From positions 372,001-436,000 of the forward strand of contig JAXLNO010000446.1 in the NCBI GenBank assembly GCA_038087875.1: 64,000 bases of DNA. The letters are read 5' to 3'. The notes beneath the pieces were generated by a model that was given only the letters and a program-made list of their open reading frames with translations, was not told the DNA's origin and made no database searches. The position numbers and the translations under genes are program-made. Positions 1-12,909 of this stretch are shown one piece after another; the stretch's first letter is position 1, and each line of letters opens with the position of its first letter. The DNA is from Malacoraja senta. Its lineage: Eukaryota.

Positions 1-116
1 GTTATAGAACATTTGGACACATATGGAAAGAGTTTAGAGGAATATGGGCCAAATACAGGCAATTGGGACTTGACCAGTGGTCAGCTTGGACAAAGAGGGC
101 GGAAGAGCATTACAGT

Positions 117-907
117 ATTGTGTGTCCCAGTGTGTCCCTGTGTGTCCCAGTGTGTGTCCCAGTGTGTCCCTGTGTGTCCCTGTGTGTCTCTGTGTGTCCC
201 TGTGTGTCCCTGTGTGTCTCTGTGTGTCCCTGTGTGTCCCTGTATGTCCCTGTGTGTCCCTGTATGTCCCTGTGTGTCTCTGTGTCTCTGTGTCTCTGTG
301 TCTCTGTGTCTCTGTGTCTCTGTGACTCTGTGTCTCTGTGTCTCTGTGTCTCTGTGTCTCTGTGTCTCTGTGACTCTGTGTCTCTGTGTCTCTGTGTCTC
401 TGTGTCTCTGTGTCTCTGTGTCTCTGTGTCTCTGTGACTCCGTGTCTCCGTGTCTCCGTGTCTCTGTATCACTGTATCTATGTGTCCCTGTGTCCCTGTG
501 ACTCTGTATCACTGTGTCTATGTGTCCCTGTGTGTCCCTGTGTGTCCCTGTGTGACTCTGTGTCTCTGTGTCTCTGTGTCTCCGTGACTCCGTGTCTCTG
601 TATCACTGTATCTATGTGTCCCTGTGTCCCTGTGTCTCTGTATCACTGTATCTATGTGTCCCTGTGTGTCCCTGTGTGTCTCTGTGTGTCTCTGTGTGTC
701 TCTGTGTGTCCCTGTGTGTCCCTGTGTGTCTCTGTGTCTCTGTGTCTCTGTGTCTCTGTGTCTCTGTGTCTCTGTGTCTCTGTGTCTCCGTGACTCCGTG
801 TCTCCGTGTCTCTGTATCACTGTATCTATGTGTCCCTGTGTCCCTGTGTCTCTGTATCACTGTATCTATGTGTCCCTGTGTCCCTGTGACTCTGTATCAC
901 TGTGTCT
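117..907. repeat. Compound TG/TC microsatellite (TGTGTCTC, TGTGTCCC and variants)
   Basis: Directly visible. A short reverse-orientation relative lies at 7848-7986. Confidence 0.97.
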
Positions 908-923
908 CCTCTTGGTTTTGCAG

Positions 924-1022
924 CCAGCTCCTGAAGCGGCGTGAAGTGACGGTCCCGACCAAGATTGAGGATCTATCGGCAGAGTTGGACAGCTGGATAG
1001 CCTGTACACAGACAACCAGCAA
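924..1022 (+). CDS. WDR17: Internal coding exon near the C-terminus of WD repeat-containing protein 17
   Basis: 99-nt exon with acceptor ggttttgcag| and donor AA|gtaagg. Translates (S)[32 protein letters not shown], close to my recollection of vertebrate WDR17 ([32 protein letters not shown]). WDR17 is a known neighbour of SPCS3. Confidence 0.88.
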
Positions 1023-4000
1023 GTAAGGCCATCAGTCTTCATCAAACCCAGCACGCCTTTCAGGCAGTTGGCACGACTCGAAAGCCTGAGGTACAATGAG
1101 AGAGCCCAGGTAGATCAGGTGGTCAAAAAAGCCTTTGGCACATTGACCTTCCTGGATTATAGAAGTTGGGAGGTCACGTTGCAGTTGTATAAGACGTTGG
1201 TGAGACCACATTTAGAGTATTATGTTCAGTTTTGGTCACCCAGTTATAGGAAAGATGTTGTCAAGCTGGAAATGGGTGCAGAGGGAATCGAGAACTAAGG
1301 ACAAAGATTTAAGTGGAAAGAAAGGATGGTGAGAGGTTTCATTTTCACACTAAGGGTGGTGGTTTCAGGTTTAATTTAGTTTATTGTCACGTGTACCCTC
1401 TCTGTCCCCATAACCTTTGGCAGCTGTGTTAATTCAGCAATGTGTAGGGAGGCAGGGACTATCACAACATGTAAAAGACGTCTGGACAGGGACATTGATA
1501 GGACAGGTTTGGAGGGATACGGGCCAGACACAGGCAGGTGGGACTAGTGTAGATGGGGCATGTTGATCGGTGTGGGAAAGTTGGGCCGCAGGGCCTGTGG
1601 TCATGCTGTACGACTCTGTGATATACAGTCTATCCCACAATACGGTGTTCCAACCACGTTCCAAACCGAATCGCTGCCTGACCCGCTGAGTTACTCCAGC
1701 ACTTTGATTAGTTTAGTAATACAGCACGGAAACAGGCTCTTCGGCCCACTGGGTCCATGCCAGCCAGCGATCACTGCACACTAATACTATCCCACACACA
1801 CTAGGAACAATTTATAATTTTGCCAAAGCTAATTGACCTGCAAACCTTTACGTCTTTGGAGTGTGGGAGGAAACCGGAGCACCTGGAGTAAACCCACGCA
1901 GGTCACGGGGAGTACGTACAAACTCCGTACAGACAGCACCCGTAGCCAGGATGGAACCCGGGTCTCTGGCGATGTGAGGCTGCACCACAGTCTTTTTTGG
2001 GGGGACGCCCATCACACTCAAGTGTCATCAATTTTCAGAATTGTGAATTTACTCTGAGTTGTAAGGAGTTAGCACTCGATGAAGATCAGATTTGCATGCC
2101 TGGTATTGAAACGTTATCCTTATAGAGATCATCGTGATGAGATATGTGTTTCAGAGCTCTGTTGCCAACACACATAACAATTAAATGGTCTCAACTTGAC
2201 TTTGTGACTCGGTGCAAGTTTGATGGTCAGCTTCATATATCTTCCTGGCACGAGCGAAGGGCATTTTACTTTGATTTATTGTATTTTTACTCAACAATGA
2301 TTAAACAGGAGGACACTCCCATGCATCCACACATTGGCCGGGTGTTTAGTTTCCATGAGGACCGGCCAGTGTGTCAAAGTTGTTGCCATCAGCAACTTGA
2401 CTTTCCCCAACTGTGGAGCAGCTGCAGTCCACACGCTGAACCGAGCTCCGACACTCAACAGAGGGACACTTACAAACTGGCCCATCGCAACACCGCAGAG
2501 ATGAACGCATCATGTAATATCTCCACCCTCCCTAGAGACACACCATGGAAACAGCCCCACCCAGTCCACACCGACCAGCGATCCCCACACACTAACACTA
2601 CCCTACACACTAGACACAATTTACAATTTTACCAAAGCCAATTAAACTACAAACCTGTACGTCTTTGGACTGTGGGAGGAAACCAGAGCACCCGGAGAAA
2701 ACCCACGTGGTCACAGGGAGAAGGGCACAAACGCGGGTCTCTGGCGCTGTGAGGCAGCAGCTCTACCCGCTGCACACTCCCGGTCATTAGAAATACAGAG
2801 CTAAGAAATGGAAAGAGGCAGATGTAATCTTGGTGAAGGTTATTGCTCGCGTGGTTGTTGAGGATAAGTTTCACAAGATTTGCTGGGAATGATAAATGAA
2901 TGAATTGGTTTCTGTAATGTAGGATAGTGCTAGTGTATCGCTGGTCAGTGCGAACCCGGTGGTCCGTAGGGCTTGTTTCAACACTGTATCTCCAAAGTAA
3001 ACTAAACATACTGATCTATTGCATTTGTGATTCTGATGTAACTCAGTAACAAGTGTAGAGTGAGCCTGTGTGGGAATATCCACTAGCCTTTTCTCTTCCT
3101 ACTGCTCTGGACTCAACATGACATGCATTCAGTATAGAGTATGGGTGACAAGAGGGATGGATGGCTGCCTTTGTGTGAGCAGCTGGCTGGCTGGCTCTGG
3201 GAGATGTAGGGAGTAGGATCTAGTGGTGGCCAGATCCAACATGATGCCAGCGTTGCCCCAGTGGAACCCACACCCCCTTCACCTCCACTCCACGGGTACT
3301 CGGGATAGGGATTGTGTCACGGGCCACTATTGTGCAGCTAGATGCTTTCACACAGATAATCAGTCAGCTGTCAGGCTTTACAAAGGAGCCATGCAGGAAT
3401 TGGCTTTGATCAGCCCATGGAATGATGGCAGCAACTCTTCAGGCCAACAAGGGCCGTTCAAACTAAATGGCAAAGCCGTGCAAATGCCAGGTATACTTGT
3501 TAAATGAACAACCTCAACATAGCCTGTCATGTGAAAACACTTAGACAAGGGCGGGCACGGTGGCGCAGCGGTAGAGTTGCTGCCTCACAGCGAATGCAGC
3601 GCCAGAGACCCGGGTTCGATCCCGACTACGGGTGCTGTCTGTACGGAGTTTGCACGGTCTCCCCGTGACCTGCGTGGGTTTTCTCTGAGATCTCTGGTTT
3701 CCTCCCACACTCCAAAGACATGCAGGGGTTGGTGAATGTAAATTGTCCCTAGTGTGTGTAGGATAGTGTTAGTGTTACGTGCTGCTCATTACAGTCTTGG
3801 TTTCAAGAGTCCTCTATAGCAGCGACAGAAAGAACTGTTCCTATCATCGAACAGTCAGAACAAAGTGGAAACAAAGGTTTAGAAACCAGGTAGAGTTGCT
3901 GCCTCACAGCGCCACAGACCCGGGTTCCATCCTGACTACAGGAGGCTGTCTGTATGGAGTTTGTACCTTCTCCCCATGACCTGGATTTTCTCCAGGTTCC

Positions 4001-4789
4001 TCCTACACTCCGAACACGTACAGGTTTGTAGGTTAAATTGTAAATTGTCCCTAGTGTGTAGGTTAGTGCTGGTGTACGGGGTGATCGCTGGGCGGCACGG
4101 ATGCGGTGGGCCGAAGGGCCTGTTTCCGCGCTGTATCTCTAAAGTCTAAAGTCTAAGAATGTAGTTAATGCCCAGCCTGCATCTTGTTCCCACCAATTAC
4201 TGGAGCATCAAGCAAACAAAATAGAGCTGGTGTGTGTCTCTGTCTCTGACCTGCCGTCAGGCAACTGAACCATCCTATCACCAACTAGAGAGTGGTCATC
4301 ACCTCCCATCTACACCATTGGAGACCCACGGACTCTCTTTAATAGGGCACCATTATCATGTATCTGTACACTGTGGACAGCTCAATTGTAATCATGTATT
4401 GTCTTCCCGCTGACAGGATAGCACGCAACAAAAGCTTTTCACTGTACCTCGTTACACGTGACAATAAACTAAACTAAGGTGATGATGCGGCCTGCCTTTG
4501 TGGGGCAGTGCCTCCTGTATATCCCTTTAATATGAGAGGGGCAAAGTTTAAAAGAGATGTGTGGGGCAGTTTTTTTTACACAGAGGGTGGTGGGGGCCTG
4601 GAACGTGATGCCAGGGGTGGAGTTGGAGGCAGATACGATAGTGGTGTTTAAGGGGATTTGGGATAGATGGAATGGAGGAATATATTACGTGCAGGTAGGT
4701 AAGTGATGGTAGACACAAAATGCTGCAGTACAGCGGATCAGGCAACTTCTCTGGAGAAAATCAAGGACAATGGATGGCCTACTCCTGCA

Positions 4790-4908
4790 TCTATGGTCTA
4801 TGGTCTATGGTCTATGGTCTATGGTCTATGGTCTATGGTCTATGGTCTATGGTCTATGGTCTATGGTCTATGGTCTATTGTCTATTGTCTATTGTCCATT
4901 GTCTATTG
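4790..4908. repeat. (TCTATGG)n/(TCTATTG)n heptamer array, an expanded LINE tail
   Basis: Follows ggcctactcctgca, the CR1 3' terminus. Confidence 0.95.
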
Positions 4909-5531
4909 CCCCTCCCATCGGGCAAGAGGTACAGAAGTGTGAAAACGCAAACCTCCAGATTCAGGGACAGTTTCTTCCCAGCTGTTATCAGGCAACTGAA
5001 CCATCCTACCACAACCAGAGAGCAGTGCTGAACTACTATCTACCTCATTGGTGACCCTCGGACTATCTTTGATCGGACTTTGCTGGCTTTACCTTGCACT
5101 AAACGTTATTCCCTTATCGTGTATCTGTACACTGTGGACGGCTCGATTGTAATCATGTATTGTCTTCCCGCTGACAGGATAGCACGCAACAAAAGCTTTT
5201 CACTGAACCTCCATACACGTGACATTAAACTACACTGAAGCTGAAACTGAGAGGGAAACTATAGGTGTGAAAAGGTACAAAGAACAAATGAATGAAAGAT
5301 ATGAAAAGAGCAAATCAAAGCCAGTGCCGATGATAATTCCAGAGGGGGTGATATAAATGAATGAATGAATGAATGAATGAATGAATGAATGAAAGAATAA
5401 GTCTATTGGCCAAGTATTCACATACAAGGAATTTGCCTTGGTGCTCCGCCCAATAGTAACAACGACATACAGTGACAGTTAGGAATGACACATAAAACAT
5501 TAAACAACAAAATACCAGATCAAAGGGAGGC

Positions 5532-5731
5532 NNNNNNNNNNNNNNNNNNNNNNNNNNNNNNNNNNNNNNNNNNNNNNNNNNNNNNNNNNNNNNNNNNNNN
5601 NNNNNNNNNNNNNNNNNNNNNNNNNNNNNNNNNNNNNNNNNNNNNNNNNNNNNNNNNNNNNNNNNNNNNNNNNNNNNNNNNNNNNNNNNNNNNNNNNNNN
5701 NNNNNNNNNNNNNNNNNNNNNNNNNNNNNNN
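5532..5731. other. Assembly gap (200 N)
   Basis: Run of exactly 200 N. Confidence 0.99.
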
Positions 5732-6576
5732 GGCCTTTTTGACTGTGGAGTCATGGTCCTGGCATCCTGATCAGCACAGACATTGTGGGCCGAAGGGCCT
5801 GTTCTTGTGCTGTACAGTTCTATGTTGTACCTGCCGTTGACATAGCCCACACTTGGCTACTCCATGCCCACATACGGGATCATCTCCAGAACCTCAGCCG
5901 CGAGGCTCAGTAATCACCTGCAATCACGGTGACATCAAACACGGTGACATTGGCTCAGCATCACATGGCAGGAGGACAAGGTGCAGCAACATAGAGGCCT
6001 TTGTTTGCCCCTACACTCTCCTGCTTGCTCTGTGTTGGCTTATTCTGCCATTGGCAGGTGAGGAGTCACAGGAGAAGCCGGAGCTACAGAGGCTGGGATT
6101 TACAACAATCACAAACCACTAATGCAATTACCTGTGTGTGTGTGTGTGTGGGGGGGGGGGGGGGGTGGGGGGTACAATTACACCATGTGTACAATAGTTT
6201 GCTGAGATCAGAGACCAGTTTGTGCCTGCACTGTGTGTGTCTGTCTGTAAGTCGCTGCGCCTCCGATTCCTGATTTAATTCAGACGAGGCGGAGCGGAAT
6301 CATTTCCCACACGTGATTGACGTGGGAAAATGTAATGATGATAGACTTGGAACGGAGTCAAACTGCTCCCCACATCCATGCAGGCACCTCCCTCAGAGAT
6401 CACCGCGCTAAACCGTGGGACATACACTCATTGTGTCACTGTTCGTCCCCTGCCCCACTGAGGCACTTGTTCCCACTGGTGGGATGCATTGCTCCACAAT
6501 CACGGCAGCTGGATGACCAAAGCCAGCCACCACCAAGACACAGCATCCATCACACAGCCCAGTCACAGAGTCATAG

Positions 6577-7046
6577 TTATAGGGTGATACAGTGTGGAAA
6601 CAGGCCCTTCAGCCCAACGTGCCCATACTGACCCACATGTCCCAGCTACACTAGTCATAGGGTGATACAGTGTGGAAACTGGCCCTTCAGCCCAACGTGC
6701 CCATACTGACCAACATGTCCCAGCTACACTAGTCATAGAGTGATACAGTGTGGAAACAGGCCCTTCAGCCCAACGTGCCCATACTGACCAACATGTCCCA
6801 GCTACACTAGTCATAGAGTGATATAGTGTGGAAACAGGCCCTTCAGCCCAACGTGCCCATACTGACCAACATGTCCCAGCTACACTAGTCATAGAGTGAT
6901 ACAGTGTGGAAACTGGCCCTTCAGCCCAACGTGCCCATACTGACCAACATGTCCCAGCTACACTAGTCATAGAGTGATACAGTGTGGAAACAGGCCTTCA
7001 GCCCAACTTGATCACACCAACCAAAAATGTCCCAGCTACACTAGTC
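6577..7046. repeat. 78-bp tandem array (about 6 units) derived from an inverted CR1 3' tail
   Basis: Unit tagtcatagagtgatacagtgtggaaacaggcccttcagcccaacgtgcccatactgaccaacatgtcccagctacac. It runs into the parent LINE at about 7046. Confidence 0.95.
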
Positions 7047-7199
7047 CCACCAGCCCGTGTTTGGTCCATATCCCTCCAAACCTGTCCTATCCATGTACCT
7101 GTCTAACTGTTTCTTAAATGTTAGGATAGTCCCTGCCTCAACGGCCTCCACTGGCAGCTTTGCAAGAAGCAAAGCAAGAATTTCATTATCCTATCACAG

Positions 7200-7615
<416 letters not shown>

Positions 7616-8672
7616 ATCTGCACCCATCCCCACTCTCCCTCTTCTCTCCCCTCTCCCTGTTCTGGCCATCAAGCGCAGAGTCTCCCCTGGGTGAAGTTTA
7701 TTCCCTTACAGTAAGTGTTCAGAATGTTGTTCTAGAGTGAGGCATGAGTGTGAAGTGGCCAGTCCTGGGTGGGAGGAGTTGTCCCCAGGGTGGGTCCTGT
7801 GTGTGATCCACCCCACCCCGTCCCATCCCGCCCCACCCCACCCTATCCACAGAGACACAGAGTCACAGAGACACAGACACACACAGAGACACAAGAGACA
7901 CACACAGAGTCACAGAGACACACACAGAGTCACGGAGACACAGAGACACACACAGAGACACACACAGAGACACAGAGACACAGAGTAATGCAGTGTGGAG
8001 ACAGGCCCTTGTTTCTGTGACCAGATGCTGGTTTACACTGAAGATAGACACAAAATGCTGGAGTAACTCAGCAGGACAGGCAGCATCTCTGGAGAGAAGG
8101 AATGGGTGACGTTTCAAGTCAAGACCCTTCTTACATAGATGCTTTCCATAACTGTTTCTTAAGCATTGTGATAGTCCCTACCTCAACTACTTCCTCCGGC
8201 AGCTCGTTCCATACACCCACCACCCTTTGTGTGAAAAGGTTGCCCCTCATATTCCTGTTAAATCTTTCTCCCCTCATGTTAAACCTATGTCCTCTGGTTT
8301 TCAATTTGCCTGCTCTGGGCAAGACACTACCTGATCTATTCCTCTCATGATCTTGTACAGCTCCATAAGATTATTCCTCATCCTCCTGCGCTCCAAGGAA
8401 TCGACAATAGGTGCAGGAGTAGGCCATTCGGTCCTTCGAGCCAGCATCGCCATTCAATGTGATCATCGCTGATCATCCCCAATCAGTACCCCGTTCCTGC
8501 CTTCTCCCCATATCCCCTGACTCCGCTATCTTTAAGAGCCCTATCTAGCTCTCTCTTGAAAGTATCCAGAGAACCTGCCTCCACCGCCCTCCGAGGCAGA
8601 GAATTCCACAGACTCACAACTCATCTGTGTTTCCTCATCTCCGTTCTGAATGGCTTACCCCCTATTCTTAAA

Positions 8673-9502
8673 TCATAGTGGCAGCCTCGCCAGCAGTTTG
8701 TCCGTCCTTTCACTATTTTTGTTATTTTTAGTCTGCCTTAAAGCATGTTTTTGGAGGTTTCTTAGACTTTATTTATGTGGGGGGTAGGGGGGAGGGGTGG
8801 TGGAAGGGGGGAAACTGTTTTTTCCAGTCACTACCTGGTCGAGAATGCGTCTATTCTCCGAGCCGCATCTTCACCCCCTCCTCGCGGCCTGCCATCTGGA
8901 TTGGCGCGGCCTTTCCGTCCAGAGCTTCAGCTTCATCGGCAGTGCAGCACTGAGTTACCATCGCGGAGCGGGCTATGATATACAGGGATCGCCGTGTTGG
9001 AGCTCCGGAGTGTTGGGCCAGCTGACTACATCATGGAGCTGTGGTCTGTGGAGCTTCCAGCCGTGGGCGGCGCTGACTCTAACATCACGGAGCCTGGGAT
9101 CTTTGACGAGGATCGCCAGTGTTGAATCTCCGCCCAGCTCGGCCAGTGGACTTCGGGAGCCGCGGTCTCCGGTAGGAAGCGGCCGATTCGGAAACTCCAA
9201 GCCGCTGAGAGTGTTCTTCCGTTCCGACGCCGGAGCTCCGATCATCCGATCATCCCGGAGAGAGGGCCTGAACATCAGGCCATCGTTGCAGCAACTGCGG
9301 AGGGTTCGAAGGCCCCGACCACGGGTGAACAAAGAGGAACAGGACTGAACTTTATTGTCTTCCCTCACAGTGGGAAACGTTACTTCTGCTGTGGGGGATG
9401 TTCATGTTAAATTCTATCGTTTGCTGTGTTCTTTTTTATTCGTACGGTAACTCAAATCTCACTGTACCAATTGGTGCCTGTAACGTGGACTCTCTTGAAT
9501 CT
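8673..9502 (+). mobile_element. GC-rich interspersed repeat, copy A, inside a CR1 tail
   Basis: Interrupts cttaaa/ggcccctggttc. Shares the T-rich leader, G-run + GAAAC, cgcggcct core and 3' hairpin with the other copies. Confidence 0.75.
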
Positions 9503-10171
9503 TGGCCCCTGGTTCTGGACTCCCCCAACATCGGGAACATGTTTCCCTGCCTCTAGCGTGTCCAAACGCTTAATAAACTTATATGTTTCAATAAGATTCC
9601 CTCTCATCCTTCTAAACTCCAGAGCGTACAAGCCCAGCCGCTCCAATCTTTCATCATATGACAGTCCCGCCATCTCGGGAATTAACCTTGTAAACCTACG
9701 CTGCACTCCCTCAATAGCAAGAATGTCCTTCCTCAAGTTTGGAGACCAAAACTGCACACAATACTCCAGGTGTGGTCTCACTAGGGCTCTGTACAACTGC
9801 AGGAGGACCTCTTTGCTCCTATACTCAACTCCTCTTGTTATGAAGGCCAACATGCCATTCGCTTTCTTCACTGCCTGCTGTACCTGCATGCTTACTTTCA
9901 TAGACTGATGAACAAGGATGCCCAGATCCCGTTGTACTTCCCTTTACCCAACTTGACACCATTTAGATAATAATCTGCCTCCTGTTTTTACCACCAAAGT
10001 GGATAACCTCACATTTATCCACATTAAACTTCATCTGCCATGTATCTGCCCACTCACCCAGCCTGTCCAAGTCACCCTGCATTCTCATAGCATCCTCCTC
10101 ACTGTTCACACTGCCACCCAGCGTTGCGTCATCTGCAAATTTGCTAACGTTACTTTGAATCCCTTCATCCA

Positions 10172-10591
10172 GTAGGCCCGCTTCGGTCATGACTGACCAT
10201 GGGTGATGCATCCTGGTCGATGCAAGCCTGGGCGATGTCATATGGAGGACAGACAGGCTGTTCCCCATGCAGCACGTCCCCCCTCTCCACGTCGCTGATC
10301 GATCCAAAGGAACAGCAGGGCCGTTACAGTTTGGCACCAGCGCCATCGCAGGAGCTGCCAGAGCGAGGTTGTAGACAACGACAAACTGCCTTAGGGGCTC
10401 CGACTCTGGATTTTCTTGAGGTTTACTCCTGGAGCCTTTTCCATGACTGGATATGGCCACAAGGCAGTGGAGGTTTAAATCAGAGTTTTCCCTCTCCTAG
10501 ATGTACTGCCTTCCCAGGCTGACGAGCCCCATCTGCCCGAGACTCGTGGGGGCGGGAGCGTCTACCTACCCATGTAGGTCTATAGCACCTG
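10172..10591 (-). mobile_element. About 420-bp non-coding insertion, possibly RTE-related, inside CR1 RT sequence
   Basis: Interrupts the LINE exactly. Flanked by CCTTCATCCA (10162-10171) and CCCTCATCCA (10592-10601). Strand and RTE link are from recall only. Confidence 0.7.
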
Positions 10592-11567
10592 CCCTCATCC
10601 AAATCATTAATATATATTGTACCTAGCTGCCGTCCCAGCACCGAGCCTTGCGGTACCCCATAGTGTCCCAGCCCACTCAACCTCTCCCTGTAGCTCACAC
10701 CCTCTAGTCCTGTCAACAGCCTCGTAAATCTTCTCTGTACCCTTTCCAGCTTGACAACATCTTTCCAATAACATGATGCCCAGAACTGAACACAATACTC
10801 TAAATGTGACCTCACCAACTGTAACATGACCTCCCAACTTCTATACTCAATACTCTGACTGATGAAGGCCAAAGTGCCAAAAGCCTTGTTGACCACCTTA
10901 TCTACCTGCGACTCGACCTTCAAGGAACCATGCACCTGTACTCCTAGATCCCTCTGTTCTACAACACTACCCAGAGGCCGACCATTCACTGTGTAGATTC
11001 CGCGTACATGTAATTTAAATTCTGTTAGTTTTCGTTTAGTTTTAGTTCAAGTGAAACATCCTGCTAGAATTGACAAGGTGTTTCTGAACCAAATCAGTGA
11101 GTGGTTCTGATCCCTTCTCTCGAGCTCATGCATCTCCATATAAAAGCGATCAATTAGCCGGCGTGAAATCATTTGATGAGACTTTAAATTGAATTAAACT
11201 AGACGCTACAATGAACTGTGAGTGTGTGATCGGCCAGGCTGTCAGCTTGCTTGATATATAAGGAAACTTAATGAGACGGATGATGCAGGTTCTGGCAGCC
11301 ATCCCCTGACAATATTGGAACTTGTCTAAACTTCACAAAGAGTGCGGTAACGTGTGGAGAAGAGGGAATGTTTCCCAGGGCAAAGTCTGGTTGAAACAAT
11401 GAATGATGGAGTCAGAATGGTATTCACTGCTGCCTGGCAGTATGTCTGTTTGTGGGTTAGCTGGAGATGGAGAGAGAAGAAACATGGAAAATAGGTACAG
11501 GAGGAGGCCATTCGGCCCTTCCAGCCAGGACACAAGAACATAAGGGTGGTGCAGCGGTAGAGTTATT

Positions 11568-12530
11568 CAGATTCAGATTCCACTTTATTGTCAGTGTGCA
11601 GTGTACAGTACAGAGACAATGACATGCAGTTAGCATCTCCCTAGAAGGGCAACATAAATATGAGCAGTAAATAAATAAATCTAATAATCCTGGTGGGAGG
11701 AGTGTCCGGGGGGGGGGGGGGGGGGTGATTGGCAGTCACCGAGGTACAGTGTTGAGTAGTGTAACAGCCGCAGGGAAGAAGCTGTTCCTGAACCTGCTGG
11801 TCTGGCAACGGAGAGACCTGTAGCGCCTCCCGGATGGTAGGAGGGTAAACAGTCTGTGGTTGGGGTGAGAGCAGTCCTTGATGATGCTGCGCGCCCTTCG
11901 CAGACATCGCTTGCTCTGGACAGACTCAATGGTGGGGAGTGAGGAACCGGTGATGCGTTGGGCAGTTTTCACCACCCTCTGCAGTGCTTTCCGGTCGGAG
12001 ACAGAGCAGTTGCCATACCAACCTGTGATACAGTTGGTAAGGATGGTCTCGATGGTGCAGCGGTAGATGTTCACCAGAATCTGAGGGGACAGATGGACCT
12101 TCTTTAGTCTCCTCAGGAAGAAGAGACGCTGGTGAGCCTTCTTAACCAGTGTTGAGGTATTGTGGGTCCAAGAGAGGTCATCAGAGATGTTGACCCCCAG
12201 AAACCTGAAGCTGGAAACACGTTCCACCTCCGTCCCGTTAATGTGGATGGGGGTGTGCGTGCCGCCCCTAGACCTTCTGTAGTCCACAATGAGCTCCTTG
12301 GTCTTCTTGTAGTTACAGGCCAGGTTGTTGTCAGCGCACCATGCTGCTAGGAGCTGGACCTCCTCCCTATAGGCCGACTCATCGTTGTTGCTGATGAGGC
12401 CAATCACCGTTGTATCATCTACATACTTGATGATGGTGTTAGTACCATGTACAGGTGTGCAGTCGTAGGTGAAGAGGGAGTAGAGGAGGGGGCTCAGCAC
12501 ACAGCCCTGTGGAACGCCGGTGTTCAGGGT
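11568..12530 (-). mobile_element. 5'-truncated Rex-Babar-clade LINE inserted into a SINE, 8-bp TSD GAGTTATT
   Basis: Open 254-aa frame (GVPQGCVLSPLLYSL, KYVDDT, LLPSGRRYRS...RFRNSFFP) and a (GAATCT)n tail. GAGTTATT at 11560-11567 and 12531-12538. Confidence 0.9.
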
Positions 12531-12909
12531 GAGTTATTGCCTCACAGCTCCAGAGACCCGGGTTTGATCCTGACTGTCGGTGCTGTCTGTGTGGAGTTTG
12601 TACGTTCTCTCTGTGACTGCAAGGATTTTCCCCTCATCACAGACATGCGGCTTTGTAGGTTAATTCGCCCTCTGTAAATCATCCCTAGTGTGTAGGGAGT
12701 GGCTCAAGATAGAACTAGGGTGAATGGGTGACCGATGGTCAGTATGGGCTTGGTGGGCCGAAGGGCCTGTTTCCAGCGAGTATCTCTAAACTAAACTAAA
12801 ATAAGAGGTCAAAGCATAAGACCAAAGGTCACTCAGGTCTGCTCAACTATGGGACAAGGACATGACACCACCTCATTCTCCATCTCTCTGTGTTTCTGCC
12901 GTACGACCA

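Larger units (their letters stand above)
8403..10997 (-). mobile_element. CR1-type LINE 3' fragments with two nested insertions
   Basis: ORF-track peptides [14 protein letters not shown] and LYRALVRPHLEYCVQFWSP. 3' tail at about 8403-8672. Confidence 0.9.

Noticed and set aside
13..944. Many overlapping Cys/Val/Ser-rich or HRDT-rich ORFs
   Set aside because: Translations of the TG/TC microsatellite. Only 924-1022 is a credible exon.
3553..3630. tRNA-like sequences at SINE 5' ends
   Set aside because: They continue into the SINE body and tail and lack a complete cloverleaf, so they are not tRNA genes.
10500..10591. HDV-like ribozyme at the 5' end of the putative RTE-related insertion
   Set aside because: I could not build the nested double-pseudoknot pairing by eye. 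A motif search would be needed.
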